Part shown: positions 19,384 to 33,363 of the stretch, in pieces
Numbering within the stretch: the stretch's first letter is position 1
How the letters are laid out: the number at the start of each line of letters is the position of its first letter
Assembly: GCA_011526565.1 (NCBI GenBank)
Contig: WYBL01000116.1
Location: 3,019-67,018, forward strand
Length of the DNA: 64,000 nucleotides
Source of the DNA: Acidobacteriota bacterium
GTDB taxonomy: Bacteria > Acidobacteriota > Vicinamibacteria > Fen-336
Reading direction: 5' to 3'
Notes under the pieces: generated by a model
The model's input: only the letters and a program-made list of their open reading frames with translations
Databases searched by the model: none
What the model was told of the DNA's origin: nothing
Made by a program: the position numbers and the translations under genes

Positions 19384-20573
19384 AACGCGATCTCGCGCAC
19401 CGGGCCACGCAGGCAGTGGTCGGAGGCCATCGAGGATCCGTAGGCGCCGGCGGGCAGCAACGCCAGCAGGTCGCCCTCCTCGATCGCCGGCAGCGGCAGG
19501 TCGCGGGCGAAGATGTCGTTCGATTCGTTGATGTTGCCCGCGACCGAGACCGGCCCGGCGACCGGCGCCAGCGGGCGGTCGACGTGGGCGATCTCGACCG
19601 GCAGTCCGTAGTGGGCGGCGTACAGGTTGACGTTGTGGCCGGCGTCGACGCCGATCCACACCGTGCCCGACTTCTCCTCGACCGTGTTGACCTCCACGAC
19701 GAGCACCCCCGCCGCGTCGACCAGCAGCGTGCCCGGCTCGCAGGCGACCGTCACGCCCAGCGGCCCGAGGTGGCGCGCGGCGGCCTCCGCCCACTCCTCC
19801 GCCATCACCGGGTCGTCCACGGCGCGGCGGCGGGCGCCGAGGCCGCCGCCCAGGTTCACGGAACGGACGTCCGGCAGCCGCCGCGCGAAGCCCGCGAGCT
19901 TCTCCATCACCCACTCGAGCTTGTGCAGCGCGCCGCGCTGGATGCCCCAGCCGCAGTGCACGTGCAACCGGTCGACGACGAGGCCCGCGGCGCCGGCGGC
20001 CTCCACCGCCGCGTCGAAGGCGTCGTGGGCGAAGCCGAACTTGGTGTTGCCGTAGGCCAGCTTGGGGTGGCTGCCGTAGCCGATGTCGACGGCGCAGTCG
20101 AGCCGCAGGCCGATCGCCGTGCCGCGCGGCACGCGGCGCCCCCAGCGGCGGATCGCCGACAGCGAGTCGAGGTTGAGGCCCGCGCCCTCCGCGGCGAAGA
20201 AGTCGAGGTCGCGGTCGCTCAGCATCGAGGCGGTGACCGAGATCTCGTCGGCCGCGAAGCCCGTCTCGCGCGCGAGCGCGAACTCGCGCGGGGAGCAGGC
20301 GTCGATGCCGACGTCGCCGCAGCCGCGGATCGTCGCGAGCACCGGCCGGAAGCGGTTGGCCTTCATCGCGTAGTAGAGCCGGAACGGCAGGCCGCGCGAG
20401 GCGAAGGCCGCGCGCAACTCGTCGACGCGGCGGCGCACCTTGGCCAGGCTGTAGACGTAGAGCGGGGTGCCGTGCTCGGCCGCCAGCTCGCGCAGCGATC
20501 GGCCGTCGAAGCTGAGGCCCGCGGCTTCGGCGCGCAGGCCGTTGCCGGCCCACCAGGCGGGGATCGTGCTCAC
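19380..20573 (-). CDS. PLP-dependent decarboxylase of the Orn/DAP/Arg family (fold type III; LysA/NspC-like)
   Basis: It has the YYAMKAN PLP-lysine motif, ...HVHCGWG..., ACEPGT and ...AGAYGSSMAS.... I chose the start at GTG 20573 (VSTIPAWW...); the listed 476-aa ORF carries an Arg/Pro-rich junk N-terminal extension. Confidence 0.72.
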   Translation of the reverse strand: MSTIPAWWAGNGLRAEAAGLSFDGRSLRELAAEHGTPLYVYSLAKVRRRVDELRAAFASRGLPFRLYYAMKANRFRPVLATIRGCGDVGIDACSPREFALARETGFAADEISVTASMLSDRDLDFFAAEGAGLNLDSLSAIRRWGRRVPRGTAIGLRLDCAVDIGYGSHPKLAYGNTKFGFAHDAFDAAVEAAGAAGLVVDRLHVHCGWGIQRGALHKLEWVMEKLAGFARRLPDVRSVNLGGGLGARRRAVDDPVMAEEWAEAAARHLGPLGVTVACEPGTLLVDAAGVLVVEVNTVEEKSGTVWIGVDAGHNVNLYAAHYGLPVEIAHVDRPLAPVAGPVSVAGNINESNDIFARDLPLPAIEEGDLLALLPAGAYGSSMASDHCLRGPVREIAL

Positions 20574-20637
20574 GTTCGGGCTCGCGCAGAGTATAGGCGC
20601 GGCCCGGGCACGCGCCGGGCCGCGGCCGTGACCCCGC

Positions 20638-24525
<3,888 letters not shown>

Positions 24526-24535
24526 CCCGACGAGC

Positions 24536-26185
24536 TTAGGGTGAGACGGCCCCCCAGTCGATCTCGTAGAGGCGATCGCCGTCTTCGGCGACGTGGACGA
24601 GGACGAACGTGCGCGCGGCGTCCATCGCGGGCACCAGCCGCCCCAGCGTCGGGAAGGCCCCCGCGCGCACGACCACGTAGCGGGTGTCGGGGAACCGCTC
24701 GCGGAGCAGCCGGAGCGGCCGCGAGGCGTCGACGTCGCCGGGGTCGCCGCGGCGCCAGTGGTTGCGCACCTGGCGCTGCAGCGCGAGGTTGTAGGGCGGG
24801 CCGAACGCGGCGAGGCCGTTGACGAACGGGTAGCCCGTGCGCGCGGCCCACACCAGCAGGTCCGGGTTGGTCGGAGCCACCTCGAGCACGGGCGCCCGCG
24901 GGCGGCGCACGAGCTCGGCGTAGACCGGGGCCAGTCCCGGCGCCACCTCGCGCACCTTCTGTGGCGGCGACCAGGCCTCGGCGGCGGCGGCGGCCAGCAG
25001 CAGCGATCCGAGCAGGGCGCCGCGTCCAGGGGGCTGATCGGCCCGCAGTCGCGCCGTGGCAAGACCGGCCATCACCGCCAGCAGCATCAGGGCCAGCGCG
25101 CCGAAGCTGCACGGGTGCCGCATCTGCTCGAAGCCGGGCAGGAACGAGAGCAGCGCCCACGGGCCGGGGAACTCGAGGCCGGGCAGGATCACCCGCGGGC
25201 CGAAGGAGAGCGCGAAGAGGATGGCCGCGAGAGCGGCCCACAGCCGCACCCCGGGCACCCGCCGCCGCAGGCCCTCGATCGCCAGCAGCGGCGCCACCAC
25301 GCCGGGGAAGGCGGCCTCGCCGCCGGTGCCCAGCAGCGCGCCCCACAGGTAGCCGGTGCTGGTCAGGTCGCGGGCGGGCTGGAAGGAGTACGTGACCGCT
25401 TCGGCCGCCGAGCGCTGCATCGGGATCAGCTCCGCGAGCGCGGCGAAGGCCCGCAGGTAGGGCCACGTGAGCACCAGCGCGATCGCCGCGGCCGCGGCGG
25501 CGTGGGCGAAGAAGCGCCGGTCGCCGAAGCGGCGCCAGTGCGCCGCGCCGAACAGCACGGCGAAGACGGCGAGGATCAGGGCGTAGTAGCCCGAGGACTG
25601 CGCGCTCAGCGAGAACGACACCCCGGCCAGCATGGCGTCGCGGGCGCGGGGCTTCTCCGCGAGGCGCGTGATCGCCAGCAGGAACAGCGCGATCCAGCCC
25701 GTCGAGATCAGGTTGAGGTGGGGCAGGTGCAGGGTCTGGTGCGAGTCGTGGGTCGCCATCAGGCCCGCCAGCGCGCCGGCCAGGCGGTCGCCCGTGCGGT
25801 CGTGGACCAGCTTGTGGAACGCCCAGCCCGAGAACGCCAGCGCGAACAGCGTGGCCAGGTTGAACAGCGGGATCGGATCGTCGATCAGCAGCCGCAGCGG
25901 CCAGACGAGGATGCCCGATCCCAGCGCGAAGTCGGCGTACAGCAGCGACCAGGGCGAGGGGTGGAAGACGTTCGCGTGGAAGAACGAGTCGCGGAGCAGG
26001 TGCCCGGTGGTCCAGTGGACCGCGAACATCTCCATCGCCGGGTCGGTCCCGGCCAGCGTCGCGCCGAAGAGATCGCGACCGAGCGGCCAGGTGAACGCGA
26101 CGGCCAGCGCCAGGAAGCCGGCGGCGACTGCGAGTTCGACCGCGAAAGGAGCCACCCCCTCCCGCAACCGGCCAGCTCTCTCCAC
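24536..26185 (-). CDS. Polytopic integral membrane protein, possibly glycosyltransferase-like; hypothetical
   Basis: A 549-aa ORF with protein-like composition and at least 10 hydrophobic helices. I recognised no catalytic signature. Confidence 0.5.
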   Translation of the reverse strand: MERAGRLREGVAPFAVELAVAAGFLALAVAFTWPLGRDLFGATLAGTDPAMEMFAVHWTTGHLLRDSFFHANVFHPSPWSLLYADFALGSGILVWPLRLLIDDPIPLFNLATLFALAFSGWAFHKLVHDRTGDRLAGALAGLMATHDSHQTLHLPHLNLISTGWIALFLLAITRLAEKPRARDAMLAGVSFSLSAQSSGYYALILAVFAVLFGAAHWRRFGDRRFFAHAAAAAAIALVLTWPYLRAFAALAELIPMQRSAAEAVTYSFQPARDLTSTGYLWGALLGTGGEAAFPGVVAPLLAIEGLRRRVPGVRLWAALAAILFALSFGPRVILPGLEFPGPWALLSFLPGFEQMRHPCSFGALALMLLAVMAGLATARLRADQPPGRGALLGSLLLAAAAAEAWSPPQKVREVAPGLAPVYAELVRRPRAPVLEVAPTNPDLLVWAARTGYPFVNGLAAFGPPYNLALQRQVRNHWRRGDPGDVDASRPLRLLRERFPDTRYVVVRAGAFPTLGRLVPAMDAARTFVLVHVAEDGDRLYEIDWGAVSP

Positions 26186-26279
26186 CGTGCCCCCACGAGG
26201 AGCGTCGATCCTACTAGAATCCGCGCTCCGCGCTTGGGGACGGAGGCGAAGGACCTTGGATCACGGACGGCGGACGTCG

Positions 26280-26675
26280 ATGGCGGCGATGGCGGCGGGA
26301 CTGCTGGCGGCGTGCGGCGGTAGCGGGGGCGACTCGCCCACCGGCCCGACCCAGCTCGTGGTCGAGGACATCACGATCGGCACCGGGGCCACCGCGGCCG
26401 TCGGCGACACGGTCACCGTGCACTACGTCGGCACGCTGCTCAACGGCACGCAGTTCGACAGCTCGTATCCCTCGGGACGGCCGTTCACCTTCCGCATCGG
26501 CGCCGGCCAGGTGATCCAGGGCTGGGAGCAGGGCGTGCCCGGCATGCGCGTCGGCGGCAAGCGGCGGCTGACGATCCCGCCGAGCCTCGGCTACGGCAGC
26601 CAGGCCAACGGCCCGATCCCTGCCAACTCGACGCTGCGCTTCGAGATCGAGCTGCTGTCGATCGCCGGCAAGTGA
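26280..26675 (+). CDS. FKBP-type peptidyl-prolyl cis-trans isomerase, putative lipoprotein
   Basis: The lipobox-like region is MAAMAAGLLAACGG, followed by an FKBP core (VHYVGTLLNGTQFDSSYPSGRPFTFRIGAGQVIQGWEQGVPGMRVGGKRRLTIPPSLGYG). Confidence 0.8.
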   Translation: MAAMAAGLLAACGGSGGDSPTGPTQLVVEDITIGTGATAAVGDTVTVHYVGTLLNGTQFDSSYPSGRPFTFRIGAGQVIQGWEQGVPGMRVGGKRRLTIPPSLGYGSQANGPIPANSTLRFEIELLSIAGK

Positions 26676-26688
26676 TCCCCGACGCGCC

Positions 26689-26707
26689 GCGTCAGCGCTT
26701 CTGACGC
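26689..26707 (+). terminator. Hairpin after the FKBP gene (7-bp stem, 5-nt loop, no U-tract); weak terminator candidate
   Basis: GCGTCAG-cgctt-CTGACGC lies 14 nt after the stop at 26675. Confidence 0.2.
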
Positions 26708-26749
26708 ACCGCGCGTGCTCGTGATGCCCTATCCTTCGCGGACCCCGCG

Positions 26750-28609
26750 ATGGACGAGAATCCCCACGCCTCCCGCCACCAGACCGAACTGCTGCTGCAC
26801 GGGCTGCGCGCCCTGTTCGGCGAGGTCGACGAGACGTTCCTCGCCGAACTGCGCCCGCGCCTCGACTGGATCGAGCTGGCCGGCGGCGAGACGCTGTTCC
26901 GCCAGGGCGAGCGCGCCGACGACATCTACTTCGTGATCAGCGGGCGCCTGCGCGCCCACGTCGCGGACGAAGAGGGCGAGCGCGTGCTCGGCGAGATCAT
27001 GCGCGGCGAGACGATCGGCGAGATGGCGATCTTCACCGGCGAGCCGCGCTCGGCGTCGATCACCGCCGTGCGCGACAGCGTGCTCGTCAGGCTGTCGCGT
27101 CCCGCGTTCGAGGCGTTGCTCGGCTCCCACCCGCTGTTGTCGATCAACGTGACGCGGCTGATCATCGACCGCCTGAAGCGCTCCAGCCACCCGCGCAACG
27201 CGGCGCGGCGCCCGGTCAACCTGTGCCTGCTGCCGATCACGCCTGGCGCCGACGGCGAGGAACTCGGCCGCGCGCTGGTCGGGCGGCTGGGGCGCTACGG
27301 CCGCGCCGTGCTGCTGACCAGCGCCGGCGTCAACGCCCAGCACGGGCCGGACGTCGCGCAGGCCGACAAGTCGCGGCCCGACGACTACCGCCGGCTGACC
27401 CGCTGGCTCGACGAGGTCGAGGCCCAGCACGACTTCCTGGTCTTCGTCGCCGACCGCGAGGCCAGCGAGTGGTCGCGCCGCTCGCTGCGCCACTCGGACG
27501 AGGTGCTGCTGCTGTGCGAGGCGGGTGCGGAGCCCGCCGTGCACCCGATGGAGCGCGACTTCCTGGAGGGCCCGGGCCGGGTCGGCGGCGCGAGCCAGAC
27601 GCTGGTGCTGCTCCACCCGCCGGGCACCACCTTCCCGCGCGGCACGAAGCGCTGGCTGGACCGCCGGCCCGTCGCCCGCCACTTCCACGTGCGCCCCCAC
27701 CTCGAGCGCGACGTCGCGCGGCTCGGCCGCATCCTCTCGGGCCACGCGATCGGCCTCGTCTTCAGCGGCGGCGGCGCCCGCGGCTTCGCGCATCTCGGCG
27801 TGCTGCGCGCGCTGGAGGAGCACGGCGTCGCGATCGACTACGTCGGCGGCACCAGCATCGGCGGGGTGATGGCCGCGCTGTGCGGCTTCGACCAGCCGGC
27901 GATGCAGGCGATCCACAACGCCCGCCGCGCCTTCAAGGCCGACCCCACGAGCGACTACAACATCGTGCCGATGATCTCGTTCATCCGCGGCCGCAAGCTG
28001 AAGCGGATCATCGAGCAGGCGGTCGAGGAGGCGGTCGGTTCGCCGTGCGACCTCGAGGACTGCTGGAAGACGGTGTTCTGCATCGCCACCAACTTCTCGC
28101 GCTCGACGGAGATGGTGCTGACCCGCGGCGACCTGGCGCGCCAGGTGCGGGCCTCGGTCTCGATCCCCGCCGCGCTGCCGCCGGTGATCCACGACGGCGA
28201 CCTGCTGGTCGACGGCGGCTGCTTCAACAACTTCCCCACCGACGTGATGGGCCGGCTCGGGGTCGGCAGGGTGATCGGAGTCGACCTGATCAAGGACGTG
28301 CGGCGGCGCCAGGAGATCGACGAGGTGCCCGGCAACTGGGACCTGCTGCGCGACAAGCTGCGCGGCCGCCGCCGCCGTTACCGGCTGCCGTCGCTGACCG
28401 CCGTGCTGCTGATGTCGACGATCCTGTACTCCAACTCGCGCCGCAAGCAGACGAAGCAGTACACCGACCTCTACTTCAACCCGGAGATGGGGCGGGTCGG
28501 CCTGCTCGAGTGGGGCCGCTTCGAGTCGATCGTCGAGCTCGGCTACCTCCACGCGAAGGAGGTGCTCGGCCGCATGACCGACGCGGAGCTCGCCCCCTAC
28601 CGCGACTGA
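26750..28609 (+). CDS. Cyclic-nucleotide-binding domain fused to a patatin-like phospholipase (NTE/RssA-like lysophospholipase)
   Basis: The N-terminal cNMP fold reads ...GERADDIYFVISGRLRA...GEIMRGETIGEMAIFTGEPRSASITA.... The patatin oxyanion/nucleophile motifs are GLVFSGGGARGFAHLGVL and GGTSIGG, and the catalytic Asp context is DGDLLVDGG. Confidence 0.8.
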   Translation: MDENPHASRHQTELLLHGLRALFGEVDETFLAELRPRLDWIELAGGETLFRQGERADDIYFVISGRLRAHVADEEGERVLGEIMRGETIGEMAIFTGEPRSASITAVRDSVLVRLSRPAFEALLGSHPLLSINVTRLIIDRLKRSSHPRNAARRPVNLCLLPITPGADGEELGRALVGRLGRYGRAVLLTSAGVNAQHGPDVAQADKSRPDDYRRLTRWLDEVEAQHDFLVFVADREASEWSRRSLRHSDEVLLLCEAGAEPAVHPMERDFLEGPGRVGGASQTLVLLHPPGTTFPRGTKRWLDRRPVARHFHVRPHLERDVARLGRILSGHAIGLVFSGGGARGFAHLGVLRALEEHGVAIDYVGGTSIGGVMAALCGFDQPAMQAIHNARRAFKADPTSDYNIVPMISFIRGRKLKRIIEQAVEEAVGSPCDLEDCWKTVFCIATNFSRSTEMVLTRGDLARQVRASVSIPAALPPVIHDGDLLVDGGCFNNFPTDVMGRLGVGRVIGVDLIKDVRRRQEIDEVPGNWDLLRDKLRGRRRRYRLPSLTAVLLMSTILYSNSRRKQTKQYTDLYFNPEMGRVGLLEWGRFESIVELGYLHAKEVLGRMTDAELAPYRD

Positions 28610-28616
28610 AGGCCGC

Positions 28617-29153
28617 TCACAGGTCGTCCTTCAGGAACGCCTCGCGGGCCGTGACCTTGGTCTCGACCAGGTCGGCGTTCGAGAGCCCGATCGCCAGCGC
28701 CACCTTGCGCACGAAGTACTCCTCGTGGCCCGCGAGCTCGGCGTCGGCATAGGCCAGGCGCCACAGGTTGAGCACGATCTCGCGGCGCTGCGGCATGTCG
28801 GCGTTGGCGCGGATCGCGTTGAGCAGCTCCGGCAGCGGCGTGCGTCCGACCTTGTCCTCGGCGACCCGCACCAGCATCAGCGCGGCGTCCCCGCGCAGGC
28901 CGAGGGCGCGCTCGAGGGCCGCCATCAGGGCCAGGTGCTCGTCCGTCTTCAGCTCGTGGTCGGCGCGGGCCACCTGCAGGAACAGCACGGCGGTGGCGAG
29001 CTGGACCGCCTCCGGGGAGAGGTCGACGGGCGGTGCCCCGACGAGGGCGCTGGCGAACGCCTGGCGCGCGGCCGCGCGCCGCCCCTCGAAGACGTCGGTG
29101 ATCGCGGCGAGCAGGGCGCCCTCCAGCTCGTCCGGCACCAGGTGGTCGAGCAT
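28617..29153 (-). CDS. TerB-family (tellurite-resistance TerB / DjlA N-domain-like) protein
   Basis: A helical acidic protein whose motifs match the TerB fold: ...AVLFLQVARADHELKTDEHLALMAALERALGL...EIVLNLWRLAYADAELAGHEEYFVRKVALAIGL. Confidence 0.55.
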   Translation of the reverse strand: MLDHLVPDELEGALLAAITDVFEGRRAAARQAFASALVGAPPVDLSPEAVQLATAVLFLQVARADHELKTDEHLALMAALERALGLRGDAALMLVRVAEDKVGRTPLPELLNAIRANADMPQRREIVLNLWRLAYADAELAGHEEYFVRKVALAIGLSNADLVETKVTAREAFLKDDL

Positions 29154-29204
29154 GTCCGCCTCCCCGACCGCGACCCTACGAAGTCTGCGCCCCCCGCGTC
29201 AACC

Positions 29205-29578
29205 TCAGATCCGCTCGGGGTCGCGCACCGTGCGCGCCTCGACGACCTCGCCCGTGTTGACGACGCCGCGGCGCTCGAACAGCAACACGTGGCACTCGGC
29301 GTCGGCGACCGGCCGGTGCTCGACGCCGCGCGGCACGACCAGCAGTTGCGAGGGCCCCAGCTCGGCGACGCCGTCGCGGAACTCGATGCGCAGGCGGCCG
29401 GAGAGGACCAGGAACAGCTCGTCTTCGGCCTCGTGGCGGTGCCACACGAACTCCCCGTGCAGCTTCGCCAGCTTGACGTCGTAGCCGTCGACCTCGGCGA
29501 TCCGCTTCGGGGTCCAGGTCTCGGAGAACGAGGCGAGCTTGGCGCCGAGGTCGACGACGGGCGGGACCCCGTTCAACC
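29205..29578 (-). CDS. Cupin-domain protein
   Basis: The cupin motifs ...HRHEAEDELFLVLSG... and ...VVPRGVEHRP... are present. The start is uncertain (TTG 29578 chosen); it overlaps the end of the DinB-family gene. Confidence 0.5.
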
Positions 29579-30073
29579 GCGCGACTCGCGCCAGGCGGCG
29601 ACGTTGCGCTCGATCTGCCGCGCGTGGTTCTCCACGTGGGCGGCGTAGGAGCGCAGCCAGTCGCACGCCGAGTACGGGCCCGACTCGGTGTGGCGGCCCG
29701 CGCGCGCCCACGCCGCGTCCGGCAGTCTTCGGGCGAGGGCCGCCGTGTGCGCGCGCACGGCGTCGACCACCGCGAGGGCGACCTCCGCCGGGTGCGCGTG
29801 GTAGTCGTGCTCGCGGGCCCACGCCTCCTGGTCGTAGCCGACGATCAGCGGCTCCTTCTCCGTGACCAGATACCGCAGGCGCAGCGCCGCGTTGGCCTCG
29901 GAGTCGGCGCAGTGCACGACCACCTCGTGGGCCGACCACGTGCCGGGCCCCGGCCGCCATTGGCGGGCCTCGGCGGGCACCACCTCCCAGGCCGCGCGCA
30001 GCCGCGCCGGCCCCTTCTCGTACTGGCGCAGCAGGGGCTCGCGTTCGGCCGCAGTCAGGACACCCGTGCTCAT
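29573..30073 (-). CDS. DinB/YfiT-family (DinB_2) metal-dependent protein
   Basis: A four-helix-bundle DinB_2 signature with His residues: ...WSAHEVVVHCADSEANAALRLRY...HDYHAHPAEV...AAHVENHARQ. Confidence 0.65.
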   Translation of the reverse strand: MSTGVLTAAEREPLLRQYEKGPARLRAAWEVVPAEARQWRPGPGTWSAHEVVVHCADSEANAALRLRYLVTEKEPLIVGYDQEAWAREHDYHAHPAEVALAVVDAVRAHTAALARRLPDAAWARAGRHTESGPYSACDWLRSYAAHVENHARQIERNVAAWRESRG

Positions 30074-30105
30074 CGAACTCCTCCGGCTCGCCCCCGGGGA
30101 ATCGT

Positions 30106-31149
30106 TCAGCGCTTCTTCGGCGCCTCGACGATGCGCAGCAGGTCGGAGAGCAGCGCATACGCGGTCTGGTCGACCCCGCCGCGGCCCTCGACGATCGCCA
30201 CCTCGCGCATCAGGTCGGTCTCCAGCACCAGCACGCCGTCGACGTCGTCGAGCGCCAGCGGGTCGCCGGCCGGTACCGCTTCCGGCCCGACCGAGATGCG
30301 GACGCGGCCGGCCTCGCGGCGGGCGCGGGCGACCAGCCGCAGCCGCTCGCCGCGGGCGCGGGCCTCGCGGGCCTCGCGCTCCACGCCCGGCCCGATCCCG
30401 GCCCGCACGACGTCCGCGGGCTCCACGTCGGCGTCGAGCAGCGCGTTGGCCAGCGCGCAGGCCTTGACGGCGGCGTCCCAGCCGTCGACGTCGAGCGAGG
30501 GGTCGGCCTCGGCCACGCCCAGCTTCTGCGCGTCGGCCAGCGCCTCCTCGTAGCTGAGGCCGCGCGAGGCGTCGGAGAGGATGCGGGTGGTCGTCGAGTT
30601 GAGCAGGCCACGGAAGCCGTTGACCTTCGCGCCGCGCAGGCAGGTCTCGACCAGGTTGAAGATCGGGGCGCCGTCCATCACCACGCCCTCGTGCAGGAAG
30701 TGCACTTTCTTCGACCGGGCCAGCGCCATCAGCTTCTTGCGGGCGAACGCGACCGGGCCCTTGTTGGCCGTGATCACGTGGAGGCCGCGGCCCAGCGCCG
30801 CGCGGATGTGGGCCGTGGCCGGCTCTCCGCCACGCACGTCGAGCGTGGAGATCTCGATCACCACGTCGGCGGGCACCGACTTCACGAACTCGAGCGCCGA
30901 AGCCGGCGCCTTGCGCCCGCGGTGCAGCGGCTCGAGCGAGCGCCCGGCCTTGACCAGGTGCAGGGCCTTGCCGAGCGGCAGCCCCTTCGGGTCGATCGCG
31001 GTCCCGTGGCGACGGGTGGCGATGCCCGTGATCGTGACCGCCACCCCCGCGGCCTTCAACTCCTTGCCGTAGCGACCGGCGAGCTGCTCCGCGAAGTAGC
31101 GACCGACGTTGCCGAACCCGACCAGGGCCAGACGCAGCGGACGTGCCAT
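30106..31149 (-). CDS. hom: Homoserine dehydrogenase
   Basis: The NAD-binding motif LALVGFGNVGRYF is followed by the catalytic domain (...LHVITANKGPVA...FLHEGVVMDGAPIFNL...). Confidence 0.85.
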   Translation of the reverse strand: MARPLRLALVGFGNVGRYFAEQLAGRYGKELKAAGVAVTITGIATRRHGTAIDPKGLPLGKALHLVKAGRSLEPLHRGRKAPASALEFVKSVPADVVIEISTLDVRGGEPATAHIRAALGRGLHVITANKGPVAFARKKLMALARSKKVHFLHEGVVMDGAPIFNLVETCLRGAKVNGFRGLLNSTTTRILSDASRGLSYEEALADAQKLGVAEADPSLDVDGWDAAVKACALANALLDADVEPADVVRAGIGPGVEREAREARARGERLRLVARARREAGRVRISVGPEAVPAGDPLALDDVDGVLVLETDLMREVAIVEGRGGVDQTAYALLSDLLRIVEAPKKR

Positions 31150-31306
31150 AACGAGGCGGGATTGTAACCGCGGCGGCGTCTTTTTGCCCCCGGGCGGTTG
31201 CCGGGCCGGGAGCGGTCGGCTACTTTAGGGGGGTCCGTGCTCTCGCGGACCCGATGTGCGGGTGGCTTTCGCGCAGATCCTGCGGGAAGTCGCCCTAGGA
31301 GTGTGC

Positions 31307-32200
31307 ATGACGTCATTGCCGTTCCGGCGCCCGAGCGCCGCGCTCCTCCTGCTCCTGCTGACCTCGTGCGGCGGGGGCGGTTCTTCTCCGGCCGCACCCA
31401 GCACTCCTCCGACGGGCAACACCACTCCGACCCCCACGCCGGCGCCGACCGCGACGCCGACTCCCACCCCGGGCGGCGGCACCGCGGCCGCGAGCTGCAC
31501 CGCCCTCGGCTACGGCGTCTGGGACGCCCCCTGCTCGCGCAGCGGCGGTCAGTTCACGGAAGTCGTGATGTCCGCCATCAACCAGCTCCAGCGGGAGAAG
31601 CCGGGCCTGTTCGACACCACGCAGTTCGCGGGGGGCAACCCCGAGCAGTGGCGGGTGCTCGACGCGTCCGCCTACTACCAGGGCGTGATGGAGGTCCTCG
31701 GCCGCAACGGCTACTGCGCGAACCTGCTGGCCACCACGATCTCGGTCAAGACCTCCAACTCCTTCTCGGAGGACTTCGACGTGATGCTCAGCTCGGGCCA
31801 CGTCCGGCGAGGCGAGGCGGCCTACCGCAACACCTGCCAGCCCGCCAACTTCCCCGCCAACCCGGTCGAGATGATCAACCGCGTCCGGGTCGGCTTCTTC
31901 GAGATCCGCTGCCCCGACGGGCGCACGCCGCCCCGCAACGGCGAGAACACGCTGCCGATCGGCTGCCTCGGCACCGTCACGGCGACGCCCAAGGACAGGG
32001 ACGACCACGACGTGCCGGCCTCCGTCCACGGCCCCGACATCGAGTGGGAGCTGCTCCAGGACGGCTTCATCGCCGACATCGGCGACGACCCGGTCAGCAA
32101 GTTCAACATGTTCGTCTCGGCCCACAACCCCGGAAGCTTCGAGCTGTGCGCCACCGTGCAGACGATCCGCGGCTGCATGAGGGGCACGGTCATCGAGTAG
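31307..32200 (+). CDS. Secreted lipoprotein with a Thr/Pro-rich linker and a Cys-containing domain; hypothetical
   Basis: The lipobox is LLLLLTSCGGGG. The linker PTGNTTPTPTPAPTATPTPTPGG is followed by a roughly 230-aa domain with 8 Cys. Confidence 0.55.
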   Translation: MTSLPFRRPSAALLLLLLTSCGGGGSSPAAPSTPPTGNTTPTPTPAPTATPTPTPGGGTAAASCTALGYGVWDAPCSRSGGQFTEVVMSAINQLQREKPGLFDTTQFAGGNPEQWRVLDASAYYQGVMEVLGRNGYCANLLATTISVKTSNSFSEDFDVMLSSGHVRRGEAAYRNTCQPANFPANPVEMINRVRVGFFEIRCPDGRTPPRNGENTLPIGCLGTVTATPKDRDDHDVPASVHGPDIEWELLQDGFIADIGDDPVSKFNMFVSAHNPGSFELCATVQTIRGCMRGTVIE

Positions 32201-32209
32201 GAGGAGATC

Positions 32210-33325
32210 ATGGTTCTCGGCCTGTTCGGGGGAACCGACGTCGGGGACCTGATCGCGAAGAAGAAGTACGCGCGGGCCATCGAGGTCCTCGGCGAGCAGC
32301 TTCGCCGGGGCACCTCGGACCCGCGCGTCCGCAACCAGCTCGCGGACGTGCTGATCATGGCCGGCCGCGAGAAGGAAGCGGTGCCGGTGCTGATCGAGCT
32401 GGCGGACGAGTACGCCCGCGTCAACCAGGCCCCGCGCGCGATCGCGCTGCTCAAGAAGATCGAGCGCATCGACCCCGGCCGTCGCGACGTCGACCAGAAG
32501 CTGGCCTCGCTGATCCGCGACAAGAAGCCGAAGGCCAAGGCCCCGGCGGGCGGCGGCTGGCAGCCCTACGAGGAAGGCGGCCTGAGCACCGGCGGCTCGG
32601 TGTTCGACGCCTCCCACTTCGAGCCCTCGCCGTACACGGGCCAGGAGTCGGTCGCCGCGGCGAAGAAGGCGTCGTGGGAACCCGACATCGGGACCCGGAA
32701 GGAGGAGGCGCCCGGCGCGCCTGCGCCCCCCGACTTCCCTGCGATCCAGCTCCCGCCCGAGCCCGACGAGCCGCCGATGTTCTCGCAGGAGATGTTCCGC
32801 GGCCAGGTGCTCGACGTGATCCAGCAGGTGCTGCAGTCGCCTGCCGTGCCACCCCCGGCGCCACTCGCGACCGCGCCGGCCGTGACGGCCGAAGGCGAAG
32901 AGCCGCTGATCGAGGTCGAGCCGGAGCCGGAACTCGTGACGAGCCCGCTGTTCGGCGACATGTCGGAGGACGAGCTGATCGCGTTCATGCGCGGCCTGCG
33001 GCTGCTGAGCTTCGAGCCCGGCGACGTGATCCTGACCGAGGGCCACCCGGGCGACTCGCTGTTCGTGGTCTCGAGCGGCCTGGTCAAGGCCTTCGTCAAG
33101 GACCAGGGAGCCACCGGCCAGCGCCTCGCCCGCACGATGAAGGACGGCGACTTCTTCGGCGAGATCTCGATCCTGTCGGGCAAGCCGCGCACCGCGACGG
33201 TCACCGCGGCGACCCGCGTCGAGCTGCTGGAGATGGACCGCCCGACGCTCGACGAGATGCTGAAGCAGTACCCGCGCATCATGCAGGTCCTGCAGGACTT
33301 CTACGTCGCCCGCGCGACGGCCTGA
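32210..33325 (+). CDS. Helical (TPR-like) N-terminal module plus C-terminal cyclic-nucleotide-binding domain protein
   Basis: The N-terminal module is paralogous to both modules of the 34752..37451 protein. The cNMP fold reads ...FEPGDVILTEGHPGDSLFVVSSGLVKAF...GDFFGEISILSGKPRTATVTA.... A GGAG RBS lies about 8 nt upstream. Confidence 0.72.
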   Translation: MVLGLFGGTDVGDLIAKKKYARAIEVLGEQLRRGTSDPRVRNQLADVLIMAGREKEAVPVLIELADEYARVNQAPRAIALLKKIERIDPGRRDVDQKLASLIRDKKPKAKAPAGGGWQPYEEGGLSTGGSVFDASHFEPSPYTGQESVAAAKKASWEPDIGTRKEEAPGAPAPPDFPAIQLPPEPDEPPMFSQEMFRGQVLDVIQQVLQSPAVPPPAPLATAPAVTAEGEEPLIEVEPEPELVTSPLFGDMSEDELIAFMRGLRLLSFEPGDVILTEGHPGDSLFVVSSGLVKAFVKDQGATGQRLARTMKDGDFFGEISILSGKPRTATVTAATRVELLEMDRPTLDEMLKQYPRIMQVLQDFYVARATA

Positions 33326-33363
33326 AGCGGGGCCTCTCGCGAGGCGAATCGAAGGGGACTGCC

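Noticed and set aside
15766-19443. 1225-aa + ORF antisense to the transporter-HEAT-cNMP gene
   Set aside because: Antisense artefact. The minus-strand gene has TM helices, HEAT repeats and a cNMP fold, while the + translation is Arg/Gly/Pro-rich noise.
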